From the NCBI GenBank assembly GCA_951406725.2, contig OX597819.1, positions 132,370,001 to 132,434,000 on the forward strand: a stretch of 64,000 nt of DNA, read 5' to 3'. The position numbers and the translations under genes were made by a program. This DNA comes from Octopus vulgaris. Lineage: Eukaryota. Shown piece after piece: positions 43,029-57,125 of this stretch. The notes under the pieces are model-generated. The model did no database searches and was not told the origin of the DNA. It worked only from the letters and a program-made list of their open reading frames with translations. Each line of letters opens with the position of its first letter. The first letter of the stretch is position 1.

Positions 43029-44730
43029 CTAGCAGAGATACCCGGCGTTGCCCCCAGTTACATTCAATTGAAGAATTAGACTTTTCTGTTATATTTTCTG
43101 TAATGAACTGGAATATTTATGTTTCGAATTTCATCAAAATTGAAGATGAGGGTTATTTCCCTCTTTACTCACCCTAAAAAAATTGTAATCGTCCCACATG
43201 TATCCCATACTACTGATTTTTATGCGCATATTGCAAAATTCCAGTCTTATTGAACCTGTTAAAAAGATTTTGCTCCTGAAAAATGAAGGTCGTGGAGTTA
43301 ACGCCCCTATTGGGGGTGTGCATCTTAATGTCAACCAGAGAAGTTGAATTTGCTCTTTTGCTCTTTTACTCGTTTCAGTCATGTGACTGTGGCCATGCTG
43401 GAGCACCGCTTTTAGTCGATCAAATCGACCCCAGGACTTATTCTTTGTAAGCCCAGTACTTATTTTATCGGTCTCTTTTTTGCCGAACCGCTAAGTTACG
43501 GTGAGTTTAACACACCAGCATCGGTTATCAAGCGATGCTAGTGGGACAAACACAGGCACACAAACACACATATATATATACATATATACGACAGGCTTCT
43601 TTCAGTTTCCGTCTACCAAATCCACTCACAAGGCTTTGGTCGGCCCGAGGCTATAGTAGAAGACACTTGCCCCAGGTGCCACGCAGTGGGACTGAACCCG
43701 GAACCATGTGGTTGGTAAGCAAGCTACTTACCACACAGCCACTCCTACGCCTATTGCTGAGAATCTTTTTAACTTGGGTCTTATATATATTGTTTGAATT
43801 TCTTTGAAATAGGAAATATATGTTCACTGGTTTTGTAAAAGAGAGCAAAGCTACAGGAAGCCAAAAGGCGAATGAACACAATAAGCAGTCCCTACCCTAG
43901 TCGTTACCACTCCCAATTTAGGATTCCTCACCATCCAAGTGACAGGCACAGCCGTAAGATGCATTACGAATCTATAGCAATTGGAAGGGCGTGACCCAAC
44001 TGAAATCAACATTAACAACTGTGTGACGTGAGGGCTTAGGAGAAATTAAAGTGTCACCTCTGGAGTTTGCAAATGACCACTATATAGATACGTAACTGGA
44101 CAGAATAAATTTAAAATCTATAAATGTCTTTGAATAACCAGTCACTCATCTGGGAAGGCCTTGAAATCAATGTTACCATCTGGGGACTATGTGTGACCGA
44201 GTGATAATAAAAAGACTGAAAGGAGGTTTGCAATCAAATAACTTTACTCAAAACTTTGCAACTGAATCAGTGGAGGCAACGATGCCCCTCATTTACTTGC
44301 AGAAATCACAATGTAAGTGCATGTCAAAGCAAACTGTTACACTGTTGTACCATTGAACTAGAAATAATGCCCAACTTTTATGCTCGGGTAACCCTACAGC
44401 TTTCAAGAGCACAACTGTATTCGTTTTTGCTTAGATAAAATGACAAAATTGTGGGTGTTAAGTCCCCATGGAGGGGTCTTTCTAACTTTGTAAGATGAAA
44501 TTTTATAAATATTACTTCATGTGTCTAATATCTATTGTTAAAATTTCATCAACAGCAAAAATATATGAATTGTCATGGGGGTTATGGCCCTTATGCTTAG
44601 AATATAATTTCCAAATTTTATAAAGTTCCATTCAGTACTTTCGACCGAGTTTTGGATCATAAAAGAAATGACTAAAATTTGGGTGTTAAGGCTCCCATTA
44701 GGGTGTTATATATATATATATAGATAGATA
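43029..44730 (-). mobile_element. Helitron-like element with nested SINE at 43355-43752
   Basis: CTAGCAGAGATACCCGGCGTTGCCC terminus, also seen at 41987. Internal sub-repeats at 43285, 44440 and 44667. The far boundary is uncertain. Confidence 0.45.
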
Positions 44731-45453
44731 GATAGATATAGATTTAGGTACACACACACACACACACAAAGATAAATTGATAGATACAACTGAGTGGGTA
44801 AAAAAAAATATGAGACACAGCCTAGTGCTTTTTATGTTGATATGTACTTATTCTATTAGTACTAGTACTTATTCTATTAGACTAGTACTTATTCTATTAG
44901 TTTGTTCTTGTGAAGCCAGTAAGTTTTGTGGATGTAAATAAATGAACAGCAGTTGTGAAGCAGTGATGAGGGCGAAACACAGACACAAAGACACACATAT
45001 ACACTTACATATATACATATATATACGATTGATTTGTTTCAGTTCCTGTCTACAAAATCCATATATATTGTTGTTGGCATCCTTTTTTGTCTCGGGAGAC
45101 AATGGAGTTGCGCATAAAATAATCTAGTCCGGCTTTTACATTTCATGTCCTAATACATGGTTGTGTAGTCATATCCTGGACAAACACTCCCTCTGGCAGG
45201 TGCCGCAAATGTAGCGAAGACTTTGCCTTTGGCAAAAAGTTAATTTCTTTTTGCCCATGACACTCCCCGGACCCTAAGTAAGGCATGTATAAAATTTGAA
45301 TGAAATTGGTTGTGTAGTTCTCAAGTTAAAATAATTTATTTTTTACTAGAACTTTCTCGTTTCTTCCAATAATCTTATCACTTGTCATTTTTAAGTGTCA
45401 AAACGCTAGCTTCTTCATTCAGCATTGAGACAACATAAAGTAGTATCATAATA

Positions 45454-46472
45454 ATAGGGAAAAGTAAAGAACTCACAAAATCAGTAAAAAGCTTAATTAT
45501 TGAACAGTGGAAAGCAGGTAAAAGTTACAGGAAAGTATCAGAGACCCTTTGTATTCCATTTTCTACCATATCTTCATTTATTCAAAGATATAAAAAATTG
45601 GGAACTGTTGAAAACAGAATTAGATCCGGTGCACCACGCAAGATTTCCCCTACATCTTTAAGAAAAATGAAGCGAAGAATCGAAAAAAAAAACGCAATGA
45701 TCACCAGAAAGGAGTTGCAAGAAGATTTGTTAGCTTCAGGGACTAGTGTTACACTACGAACAATCAGCAATGAACTTCATAGGAATGAACTGAAGTCACG
45801 CTCTCCTAGAAAAACTCCACTGTTGACTAAAAGGCATAGAGATGCCCGTTTAAAATTTGTTTATGAATATAAAGATAAATCTGATACATTCTGGGAAAAT
45901 GTTCTATGGACAGACGAGTCAAAAATTAAATTGTTTGGACGAAATTCGCGTAGCCATGTTTGGAGGAAAGATGGTACCGCCTATTCGCCGAAAAACACAA
46001 TTCCTACCATAAAGTTTGGAGGTGGCAACATCATGGGTATTTCTCTGCAAATGGTACTGGCAATTTACATGTGATAGATGGCAGAATGAATGCAGAGATG
46101 TATCAAAATATTTTGAACAATAATTTATGGGACTCTGTTGAAAAGCTCCAGCTTTGTGAAGGGTGGGTTTTACAACAGGATAACGACCCTAAGCACACGG
46201 CAAAGTCTACCAAAAAATGGATTGTCGATCACAATATAAAATTATTTGAATGGCTAAGCCAGTCACCCGACCTGAACCCCATTGAAAATTTCTGGCGTTA
46301 TTTGAAAATTAAAATTCATTCAAGAGCCCCAACGTGCATTGCAGATTTGAAGAAAATTTGTCAAGAAGAATGGGAAAAAATTCCTAAAGAAACATGCGAG
46401 TCATTGATTAAGAACTACAAGAAGAGATTGGTTGAAGTGGAACTGAATAATGGTTATGCTAAGAAGTATTAA
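45454..46472 (+). pseudogene. Tc1 (DD34E) transposase pseudogene
   Basis: HTH region, SGAPRK, WTDES, QQDNDPKH-34 aa-SPDLNPIEN. Start codon reads ATA and there is a frameshift near 46035. Confidence 0.93.
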
Positions 46473-46679
46473 ATCAGAATGACCAGTTATTTATGTTCTG
46501 TACGAATACTTTTTTCACCCCTAAATATTTATAATTGAATATAAATTCCTTAGTTACTATAATTTATTAGTTTCTTCTGCATATTCTTAGTTTATGCATG
46601 CGTATGCAAATATAGTTTTGGTATATACCATTTATTTTCATTAGAAATTAAATAAATAAACCGGTGTTTTTGCCGGTTT

Positions 46680-47680
46680 TGATGATCTCGAAGGGGATGC
46701 CATCTTTTCCCGGAGCCTTGTTACTTGCTAGAGAGTCAATAGCCTTCGTGAGCTCTGCTATAGATGGCACACTGTCAAGTTCATACACGACTGGCAGAAC
46801 TTGACACCCTCGATTGCAGCGTCAGCTACCGTGGACCCCGTGAGTACAAATCCTGGTAGTACTCCACCCATGCATCCATTTGCTTGCTTTGGTCCTTGAT
46901 GAGATCTCCAGTAGTTGATTTCAGAGGGGCTGACGTGGTTGCGGATGGACCGATGGCCTTCTTCAAACCGGCATACATCCCACGGGTGTTGCCACTGTCA
47001 GCAGCTGACTTGATACTCTGACAGATTTCCTGTCAATACCCATTTGCACAGCGTCTGGCTGTCAGTTGGGTTTTATTTCTTGCCTTTCTGAGTTCTTCGA
47101 GTGACTTTGTAGAAGAATCACTCTTGTATTACATCAAGCTGCACGCTTTGTTTCGATAACTGTTTCCAGCTCTGAGAGCCCAGCACTGAACAAAATCTGG
47201 GTTTTGCCTTTCTCTCATGCCGAAAGTATCTATTGATGTGGTATACAAAGCTTCCCTGATATAATTCCACCTACTTTCAGCAGATGTGGTTGGGCAGCTG
47301 CTGAGGGCGACTTTGATAGAAACAGTAAAACATTGTCGCAGTGTAGGGTCCGAGGTTCTGCCAGTGTTAATGCGTGGTCGGCCCATTTTCTTGGAGTGAT
47401 GGACTTTTTTAGGCAGAATCCTCACCCTGCTTCTTATTAGTGAATAATCTGTGTCACAATCCACGCTGTGGTAACTGCGGGTCAGTAGAACAGAATTCAG
47501 AAAGGATCTCCGTGTAATGATGAGATCCAGCTGATGCCAGTGGTGAGATCTTGGATATCTCCAAGATGCCTTGTGGGATGGCTTGTTGGCAAAGAATGTG
47601 TTGGTGATGCACGGGTTATGGTATATGCAAAATTCAAGTAGTCTCTGACCATTGTCATTCATGTTGCCAATACCAAAACA
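46680..47680 (-). pseudogene. RTE-clade LINE fragment (AP endonuclease C-terminus and linker)
   Basis: GIGNMNDNGQRLLEFC..ITNTFF..SWRYPRSHHWHQLDLII..DTDY. Confidence 0.85.
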
Positions 47681-47759
47681 CATACACTTACATATATACA
47701 TACATATATATACGATCGATTTGTTTCAGTTCCTGTCCACGAAATCCACACACACACAG

Positions 47760-47828
<69 letters not shown>

Positions 47829-48280
47829 TATGTATGTATGTATGTATACACACACACACACAGACACACACACAAAGATAAATTGATAGATACAACTGAG
47901 TGGGCAAACAAAAATATGAGACACTGCGTAGTGCTTTTTTATATTTTGATAAGCTTGGTACTTATTCTATCAGTTTCTTCTTGTGAAACCAGTAAGTTAT
48001 GGGGATGTAAATAAACGAACACCAGTTGTGAAGTAGTGATGAGGGAGAAACACAAACACACACACATAGACTTTCATATATTCATATATATACAATTGAT
48101 TTCTTTCAGTTTCTGTCTACCAAATCCACTGACAAGGCTTTGGTTGGTCTGAGGCTATAGCAGAAGACACATGCCAAGTCAGCACACAGTGGGACTGAAC
48201 TGAGGACCATGTGTTTTGGAACCAAGTTTGTTACCACACAGCCACACCTGCACCTATATGTGTGTGTGTGTGGGTAGATC

Positions 48281-48326
<46 letters not shown>

Positions 48327-48378
48327 GGTGTATATATGTATGCATTTATATATATGTATATATATATATGTGATAAAA

Positions 48379-49152
48379 AGGTTACAGAACAAACAAATGC
48401 AAGGTCATCCACATAACATTTCATATCTCGAACATTTAATCATAGAATATACATTTATGACATCACGGAAGATGAAACATAACTCATCTCTACAACCATA
48501 TAAGAAAGTGCGAGAAAATGTGTGAATACAGTTCATCACGGTTAAAAGTTAATACTTTAGCGATTAAGAAATATATATTTTTAAAAAAACATTACAACAC
48601 CTAGAATAATAAATGCGTAAAAATATAGTATAAACTTTATACACTTTTAAGTGTATAGGAATAAAATAAGTTGTAGCAAATAAATAATTTAGCTCTTACA
48701 GGGATTTGAAACCACGGAGGTTGGATTTAATTTAATTTAATACACCCATTTTTTTTTCTTAATTTAATTTATAAAAAAAACTTTAACGTTTTTTTTTCTG
48801 CTCTAATTCTTTCTTTTGGGCTCGTTTAAGCAAGACTTCTTCAATAAATAAGCACACAATATTGTGTTAAGTCTAGTTAAGGAGGTCTCGCCCCGATACG
48901 GGATGATGTCTGTCTCTCTATTGTTTCCCCTGACGAAGGAGTTATTACTGTGATGCACCCTAGTGATTTAAATACAGTAATGTACCCCTGAAATGGCCAT
49001 AGGGAATGTAAATACGGTTTCTTCTTTTTTGCTTGGACACTGGTTTTTAACTATAGGTTTCCTTTAATTGAAAAGTAATTTCTAAAAAGATTTTCTAAAC
49101 GATGAACTTTTATTTTTACATTATATATTATATATTACTTATTTATATGCTT

Positions 49153-49192
<40 letters not shown>

Positions 49193-49473
49193 TATATACC
49201 TATATGATTATATATTACTTTATACTATATTTTTACGTATTTATTTTCTAGGTGTTGTAATGTTTTTTTAAAAAATATACATTTCTTAATCGCTAAAGTA
49301 TTAACATTAACCGTGATGAACTGTATTCACACATTTTTCTCGCACTTTCTTATATGCTTGTACAGATGAGTTATGTTCCATCTTCCGTGATGTCTAAATG
49401 TATATTCTATGATTAAATGTTCGAGATATGACATGTTATGTAGATGACCTTGCATTTGTTTGTTCTGTAACCT
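48379..49473. repeat. ~255-bp imperfect inverted repeats flanking a hammerhead-bearing insert
   Basis: Arms 48379-48634 and 49219-49473 are reverse complements with scattered substitutions. Confidence 0.85.
48925..49006 (+). ncRNA. Type-I hammerhead with long stem II
   Basis: ttccc-CTGACGA-agg..attactgt..acagtaat..cct-GAA-ATGGCCAT-A-gggaa. Confidence 0.75.
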
Positions 49474-49656
49474 CAGTTTGATATATTTGTCTCATTCAAT
49501 TGAGCACTTCTATAGCAGTCTTATTAAACATTTTGTTCCTGATAAGAAACAATCACTGTATTATTGATACATATGTATGTGTACATATTACATGTACATC
49601 TATATATACATCTAGACATACATGTTTACATATACATGTATACATATACATGTATG

Positions 49657-49708
<52 letters not shown>

Positions 49709-49972
49709 TGTATATATATATATATAAATCCATATACAATAGAGAAATGCTTTTGTTTCACTTTTAACACCGTAATACTGAAATAGTGGAGAAGATGTGA
49801 TATTGCTGTGGGCTCGCCCTAGGCAAGAAGTTAAACATTTGTTTTTGCCCATGACACTACATGGACCCTAAGTAAGGCATGTGTAAAATTTGAATGAAAT
49901 TGGTTGAGTAGTTCTCAAGTTTTAGGGATTCACACAGACAGACAGACACACATTCTCAGTTTTATATATATA

Positions 49973-50897
49973 CTAGCATTATGACCCGTTGTTGCCGGGT
50001 CATAGTGCCAGTGCATGTGTATATATATGTGTACATATTACATGTACATCTATATATATATACATCTACGCATAAAATGCAAAATACAAAGTTATATCTT
50101 GATATCACTAGTGATAACAATACTCAAAATATATAACAGACTGGAATTGTTAGCCCGTCTCTTGCAATTTCGATCAATTGTTTCTTGTCCTCTCTCTTGT
50201 ATAGAAGTGTGGCTACAATCCAGCCTACCTCTACTTCGGTGGGGGGGGGGGCATTTAAAATTTTATCCGGGACGTCCTACATCCCAGATATAAAGGTAAA
50301 AATAAAATATTTCCACTGTGCAAGGTTCGAGTCGAGTACTCCCTTGCACGCTCCGTTGACTCGAACCTTGATTTTATTGTGGCGAATTTACCGCCTCTGG
50401 TTAGATATTTTTTATAGTCGCACCAAGACACTTTTCGATGGTGCTTTCCTCCAGGTGTTCAAATCTTTTTTTTTCTCTACGTTGTATACTTTATAGACAA
50501 TAGTCTTTTCTTTAATCTAATTGTTTTATTTCGTTTGTTGGTGTTATCCTAGATTCACCGTCTTTGTCGGTGATCAATCCGAAATAGGTTTGTATGTGCA
50601 CAGCTCCATCTGGACTATTCCATTTCTGCACGCTAATTTTATTTTTAATTTATTCCCATTCATGTGAAACCACTTATTCAAGTTCAAGCCATTGATGCAA
50701 TTTTATACCAATTGCTATTTTTACTTTTGTTATGTTACGATTATATTATACTTTAGTTTGATCTTAGTTATTACTTACTACATATAATTCAATTGTTATT
50801 ATTATCTCTAATTGTTATTGTTAAAGTGAAAGTACCTGACATAAAATAGAGACAGACAGACAGACAGACACACATTCTCAGTTTTATATATATAGAG
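49973..50897 (-). mobile_element. Non-autonomous Helitron
   Basis: CTAG end plus 9-bp hairpin tatgacccg/cgggtcata. The other end reads TCTATATATATAAAACTGAGAATGTGTGTCTGTCTG on the minus strand. Confidence 0.65.
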
Positions 50898-52654
50898 ATT
50901 TATTATATATCTTGTATTGTTTGTTTAGCTGGTTGACACATTTGTCATTGACTGTATGCCTATAAACGATACTTTTTATTTCCCTTTTTGTACCTGCTTT
51001 ACACACACACAGACACACACACACATTCAACATCCACACATTTACAAACACAACAATAAAAATGGCACTCCGTCGCTTACGACGACGAGGGTTCCAGTTG
51101 ATCCGATCAACGGAACAGCGCGCTCATGAAATTAACGTGCAGGTGACTAAGCAATCCACAGACAAGTGTACCCTTAACAAAGTTCTCAGGGTGATTTAGC
51201 GTGGCACCCCAAATGTGAGCCGAATACTCTAACCATTACGCCACGCACCTCACAATATAACAATATGGTGCCCTCTATTCACTCGCCCTGCTGATAATAA
51301 TATCAATATATCTGACTCTGGTTAGGTGGTTAGTTGGCAGAATGGTTAGCACAGCAGGCAGGACGCTTTGCGGCACTTTGCCCGTCTTTACATTCTGAGT
51401 TCAAATTACGTCCAGGTCGACTTTGCCTTTCATTCTTTCGGGGTCAATAAAATAAGTACCAGTTGAGCACTGGAGTTGGCGTAATTGACTTACCCTTGTT
51501 CCGAAATTACTGTCTCAAATTTGAACCCAACGTATCTAACCCCGAGCTTTTTCTTTCCTTATTGAGCTTTGGGTTGGAAGAAAAGTGATCAAATCGTGGT
51601 CGAAGTGGAGAGTGTAATTTGTTTGCCTATATTTCTGTCATTGTTTTTTTTATTTTTACATTTTCTTTTGGTGATTGATTTTTTGAGAAACGTCGAAGGA
51701 GAGGATTTGTTCAATATTTCACTTTCAGGAGATGACTTTTACTTGTTATCGTAATATGAAATATGGCGTCTCCTTCGTTGTTGTTGTTGTTGTTAGTGAT
51801 TATACTAATGACCCTAGATGTTGTACTCATACGCTGCGCCGCAACGAGTACCTAGGGGTGCCGCTGATTAAAAGAATCTGATTTCAGAAAATCCATATTA
51901 TTGATTGAACATCTTAATAAAATTTTCCTCATTATTTTGCTATGGAGGACCATGAGAAATAAAATAAGTTCGATTGCAAATTTGACTTCAAAATAGTTTT
52001 TTTTTAACTTCTCAAGTGAAGAGCGTCAGAAATATTCTCCTTTGTTTTGCTCTCTTGTGAATCACAAAGCCAAAAACATCAACCATCACTAATGCAATTT
52101 TATCATTTTATTGTTAATTCTGTGCTTTATTTTGAATACAAATGTCTCAATTTTCTATTTTTTTTATAGTTTATTGTTTTTGTTTATTATTTCTTTGTTT
52201 CGCTATTTGATGTTCAGTTTTTTTTTTTTATTTCAGTTGTCTGTAGTTTTGGTGTTTCGTATTGGAAATTGTCACTGACTTTTATTCGGTTGGCTATTTA
52301 TTGTGTGGAATCGGGTTGTGCCAAAGTCACAGCGGTTTTGAAGAGCAAGCAGTGTGAAATCGAAACCGCGACTCTTATATTCACACTTTTAATCATATTC
52401 ATTACCGGATATCCTCCACAGTTCTAAAAATTTTGGAAACGTTGACAATGGCGCTACTTAAGTCCAGATTTGAGACACTAAGGCGGAAAGAATATTTTAT
52501 CAAGTTCAACAGGTCGACCATCTAAAAGATTTTTCTTGCCTGTAGCGAGTAAGGTATGTCATGATTAATTCTTCTGAACACAGTGGTAGGCCCCTTGAGC
52601 CCCCACCCCACCCCGTATTTGGTATAAACCAACAAACTTCCAAACAAAAGTACC

Positions 52655-52845
52655 TCAAGTTTTTATAGACCCTTCGCTTATATTTCTGATTCTGAACATT
52701 TTCTAAAAATAGCTTTATGTTGTCGTATGACTGTTTGCTGTTTACAGTACGTATCTTTGGCACAGAAGGGAATTTATTATTATTATTATTGAAGAGGAAT
52801 GCTTTCAGGCTGAATTTTAAAGAATCAGCGAACAGTCAGCACCCG
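52655..52845 (-). pseudogene. Degenerate DNA transposase fragment, probably CMC/Chapaev-type
   Basis: LFADSLKFSLKAFLFNN..FPSVP...SYDNIKLFLE resembles the LFIDSSK-SLKAVLLHN-PS-P transposase motif. The family name is from recall. Confidence 0.45.
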
Positions 52846-53488
52846 ACCACGTAATGTTTATGGCTAAGAGACCGAAAACTGAATTTACATTTTTACAGAG
52901 CACTTGTCCTCTTCTTGGAAGAAATATTAATTGAATTCATAATGGCTTTTTACATAAGAATTAACACACACATACACACACAAACACACACGCGCGCACA
53001 CACACTCATATAAATGCACGCGCGCACACACGCATAATTGTATTAATTAATATATTATATTCTTTTATCTGCTGGTCATGCTAAATGATGTCAAAACCAA
53101 GCGTGAAGGGGAAAATCTTATTTTGTATTTATATTCATACAACAAAGGTACGCTTAGAACGACATGAAAACATATTTGCGGCAAAAGCGTTGATGGCCAC
53201 GATCATTAAACTAATAATTCATTTGAAGGGACACGCTGTAAATTTTCTTCCTAATGGCAATCAAGCAATTTAGTCAATTAGTTTTGATTACTTGCACTAA
53301 CTTTTATTGAAACTGGGGAGATGAAATATATATAAAAAAAATTTGATCTCCAGCAAGATTTGAACCCGAAATATACAAGAAGACTAAGTACGTTAACCGC
53401 TTCTACTAGTTGTCCATTGCAAAGGAAGAGGTTGGGTAGGGTGTAAAAATTTCTGAGCGAGAAAGGAACACATATGGAGAGAAGTATA

Positions 53489-53703
53489 TATTTCTTTATT
53501 ACCCACAAGGGGCTAAACACAGAGGGGACAAACAAGGACAAAGGGATTAAGTCGATTACATCGATCCCAGTGCGTAACTGGTACTTAATTTATCAACCCC
53601 CGACAGGATGAAAGGTGAAGTCGACCTCGAAGGAATTCGAACTCGGAACGTAACGACAGACGAAATACGGCTAAGCATTTCGCCCGCCAGCTCGCCGCCT
53701 TTA
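53489..53703 (-). mobile_element. Nin-domain SINE with 15-bp TSD
   Basis: TSD atggagagaagtata at 53474-53488 and 53704-53718. Confidence 0.85.
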
Positions 53704-55357
53704 ATGGAGAGAAGTATAAGGTTTATACCATTCTCATTGGTGTTGGCAGAGTAAATAACGTGATTTAAGAAGGAGCCAGGCATTTGGGACAAGCATCTCC
53801 GATGTTCGCCAAAAGACACGAACATTATTTTTAGGAAAGCAATTCTTTTCACTGTCAAATATTTTTGAATCTACAAATATTGTCTTCTGTCTCAGTTCCA
53901 CTTAATTAAATGATCTAAAATTAACTTTTATTTGCCTTTTCAATCGAGGTCAGAAATAATTAGGTGCTTAAAAGCACTTTGATTCCATCCTCCATCCTCA
54001 CCGTCAGCTTTTTGGTGCTGAGCTGAGAATGCATTTTTTTCTCTCTTTTATCTTCGAGTAGAATTCATGTTTCTTGGATTTTTCCCTTATTTCTTTTCTC
54101 AAGTTGCATAGTTGCATGTGGATGTATCTCTCTTTAGATCTTCTCTTTACCTTTTTTTTCTCTGGCGATGCGGGTGAGTTCGTGTTTTTCTGCGATTTAC
54201 TGAAAATAATCTAAAATCTATTTGTAGTTTTTCTCCCCAGAAGGAAAATAAATGAACAAATATAATCCATAAAGTCACAAAAATAGAATCACCACCAGAA
54301 ACTAAGCAGCGAAATGGAAAATTACTAAACAGGTCATGACATTGCTATTGACTTTATAATTATCAGGAAAACACAAGTCAAACGCTGGTAAATGAGAATT
54401 TACCACAGCAACATTGAAATCTAGCAAAATTGAAACAACGATACAGCGAAACGAGCAGATCGAAGCGAAGCTATAAAAAGATGGCTAAAAATGCTTGTGT
54501 GTTTTCGTTCAGCTGTGACTGGAATCTAGGAAGTTGTCCTAGAATACAACTTGATATCGAATGTTTGCAGTCGAGAGAGCAAAATTAAGCGATAATAAGC
54601 GAGAACAATATCAAGCGATAAGAGCACGAAAGCTAAATATTATAATTTAGGTGTTCGTAGATTCAGCTTCAATGGTTACTAAACAAAGCAATTGTTTTAA
54701 GTTTGATTAATACACACGAACACACACACACACCTACATCCATACACACATGCATTCTCACACATATGTACATATATATATACATACATACACACATACA
54801 TACATATATATATATACATACATTGTTTTAATGTCGATTTTTATTTTATTTTTCATGCTCTTTTCAGATGGATTATTCTGAACTAACACATTATTCTCCT
54901 ATGCGTCACAATCTCGCACTCTTTCGTCCATACAATCAATTCTCAAACAGAAATTATTCCTTCTTTCATCTTACCTCTACCGCAGGTAGATTCCAGTTGT
55001 AAGTAGCGCCAATATCTTAACAAAAAAATCTGCTGTTAATCTGCTTCTGCGATAAATATTTATATCACCCTACACCATTCCCTTAAATATATCTGCCTGG
55101 GTCTGTGGTACCCAGTTATTATCTCCAGGCATATGTTTTTCATAATCTTTTTTTACTAAATTAACTGTAAACAGCCAACATTTCTATTCAACCTAAACTT
55201 TTTTCGACGAAAATATTTCTGGAATACCTGGAGTTATATCCATCACCTCAACCAATATTTAAAACCAAAACCGGAATGATTAAACAAAATATAAAAGGGT
55301 AATTTTGTTTGAAATACTCAAAGCTATTATGCATACATACAAATATACTTGCATACG

Positions 55358-55388
<31 letters not shown>

Positions 55389-55652
55389 GACCACTTTCTA
55401 GCACCCACACCATCATCCACACACCTACACATGCACACACGCACACGTCAAGGTCACCAGTCCCCATCCACATGCACATACACACTCTCACATACACACG
55501 CTCGCGTACCTTCGTTTTGGGATCACCGCTACTTTATTATCCCCCCTTCTTCCTAGCTCTCCTGGGTGACCTCTCTGTCTGGCATTCGCCATGATAGATC
55601 GCTAGCCACTAAACCTTTTTTTAATTTTCTCTCCCTGTTTATTTCTGTGTTC

Positions 55653-55688
55653 CTTTCTGTCGAAGAGAATAGACTCGAAATGTAAAAG
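55653..55688 (+). ncRNA. Minimal hammerhead motif, U6 variant, in PLE-like remnant 55390-55790
   Basis: cttt-CTGTCGA-a-gag(aataga)ctc-GAA-ATGT-A-aaag. Upstream atgatagatcgctagc is shared with 40583 and with 15935-15955 (-). Confidence 0.55.
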
Positions 55689-56588
55689 ACTTGGTCACCT
55701 TCCCGAGCGTTAAACGAATAATATCTGTTTGGTGCTTATACACCCGTCTTCGTCCTTTATTCTACTGTAAATTCTCTCTCTCTCTCTCTGTACATATATA
55801 TATATATATAAACACATATATATATTTATATATATATAAATATATAAACACACACGCACACGTACACACAAATATATACGTGCGTTGCCTTATGTCGAAA
55901 GAGCGCAGTAGCGTGAAACTCGAGTAGCGAGAGAAACTCTGTTTTATTTACAATTACACATGTGTTCAAGCATTTGTGTGTATGTATGTGTGTATGTATG
56001 TATGTATGTATGTATGTATATGTGCGCAAGGATTTTTGTGTGGTTCATAAATTTGCTTGTCAGCCACGTGGTTTCCAGTTCGGCCCACTGAGCGGTCAAG
56101 ATGCCGCACAGTAGGACTACAATCTTCTACTATAGCCCAGAGCTAGCCAATCCCTTGTAAGTAGACAAAAACATAATTTTAAGAGTTTAGTCGGTCCGTA
56201 TCGGTCCGTATACTGAGATACACAAAAGCAAACCGGGCATTTATTTTCAGATTAAGTTTATAGGAATACTGGTTTCTAATTTTGGCACTAGGCCAGCAAT
56301 TTCTGGGAGGGGGTAAGTCGATTGCATCGACCCCAGTACTCAAATGGTACTTATTTTATCAGCCCCGAAAGGATGAAAGGCAATGTCGACCTCGGCAAAA
56401 TTTGAACTCACGGCGTAAAGTTGGAAGAAATGTCGCTACGCATTGTCCGACGCTGCACCGATTCACCCAGTTCATCACCTTAAACTTTACAGAAATATTA
56501 GTTTCGAGTTTTCACACAAGGCCAGCAGTTTTGGGAGAAGGGGGAGTAGTCGATTACATGGACTGGTAGTTATTTCCTCGGTCGCTTG

Positions 56589-57125
56589 CTCGTGCGCGAA
56601 ATTTTTTCCCACGAGAGTTTTGGACCCCAGTAATGAATTCATTTGCATCTGCCAATCAGAGAAGTGCCATCTTTCTAGTCAGCACTGTGCATTCCTTATT
56701 CTTTCACTCTCTGCTGACAGACAGCAACCTCTACACACTAACAACTACTAACCAGCGAGCCAACCTTTTTGTCACTATTACTACTAGTACTACTGTCTCT
56801 CTATCTACCTGTCAAGCAAACGAATAAATATATGTAAATAATATTTCTTCCTTCTTGGAGTTGAACCTTCGATGTTCTTCACTGGTTACTTCGACGTTGG
56901 CACAGTAATACATTTGCCCAAACTGAATTGCTGGCGTTATTTCATTTTTTCCCAGAAACCGTACAGTAGAGAGGGAGTAAGGAATGCACGGTGCTGACTA
57001 GAAAGGAAGAAAGGATAAAAGTGTCTCTGCTCTGATTGGCTGTATGCAAATGAGCGCATTACTGGGGTCCAGAACTCTCGTGGGAAAAAAATTTCGCTGC
57101 CCGTGCGCCCACCCTAATGCACGAG
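56589..57125. mobile_element. MITE-like element with long bipartite TIRs
   Basis: 56596-56661 matches the reverse complement of 57030-57097, and 56671-56716 matches that of 56964-57005. Confidence 0.7.

Noticed and set aside
49382-49450. Possible hammerhead inside the 255-bp inverted arms
   Set aside because: The core reads GTGATGT with no 3-8 pair and no clear stem I.
54138-54173. 36-nt micro-exon between TTTAG and GTGAGT
   Set aside because: The content is a pyrimidine tract, with no supporting neighbouring exons.
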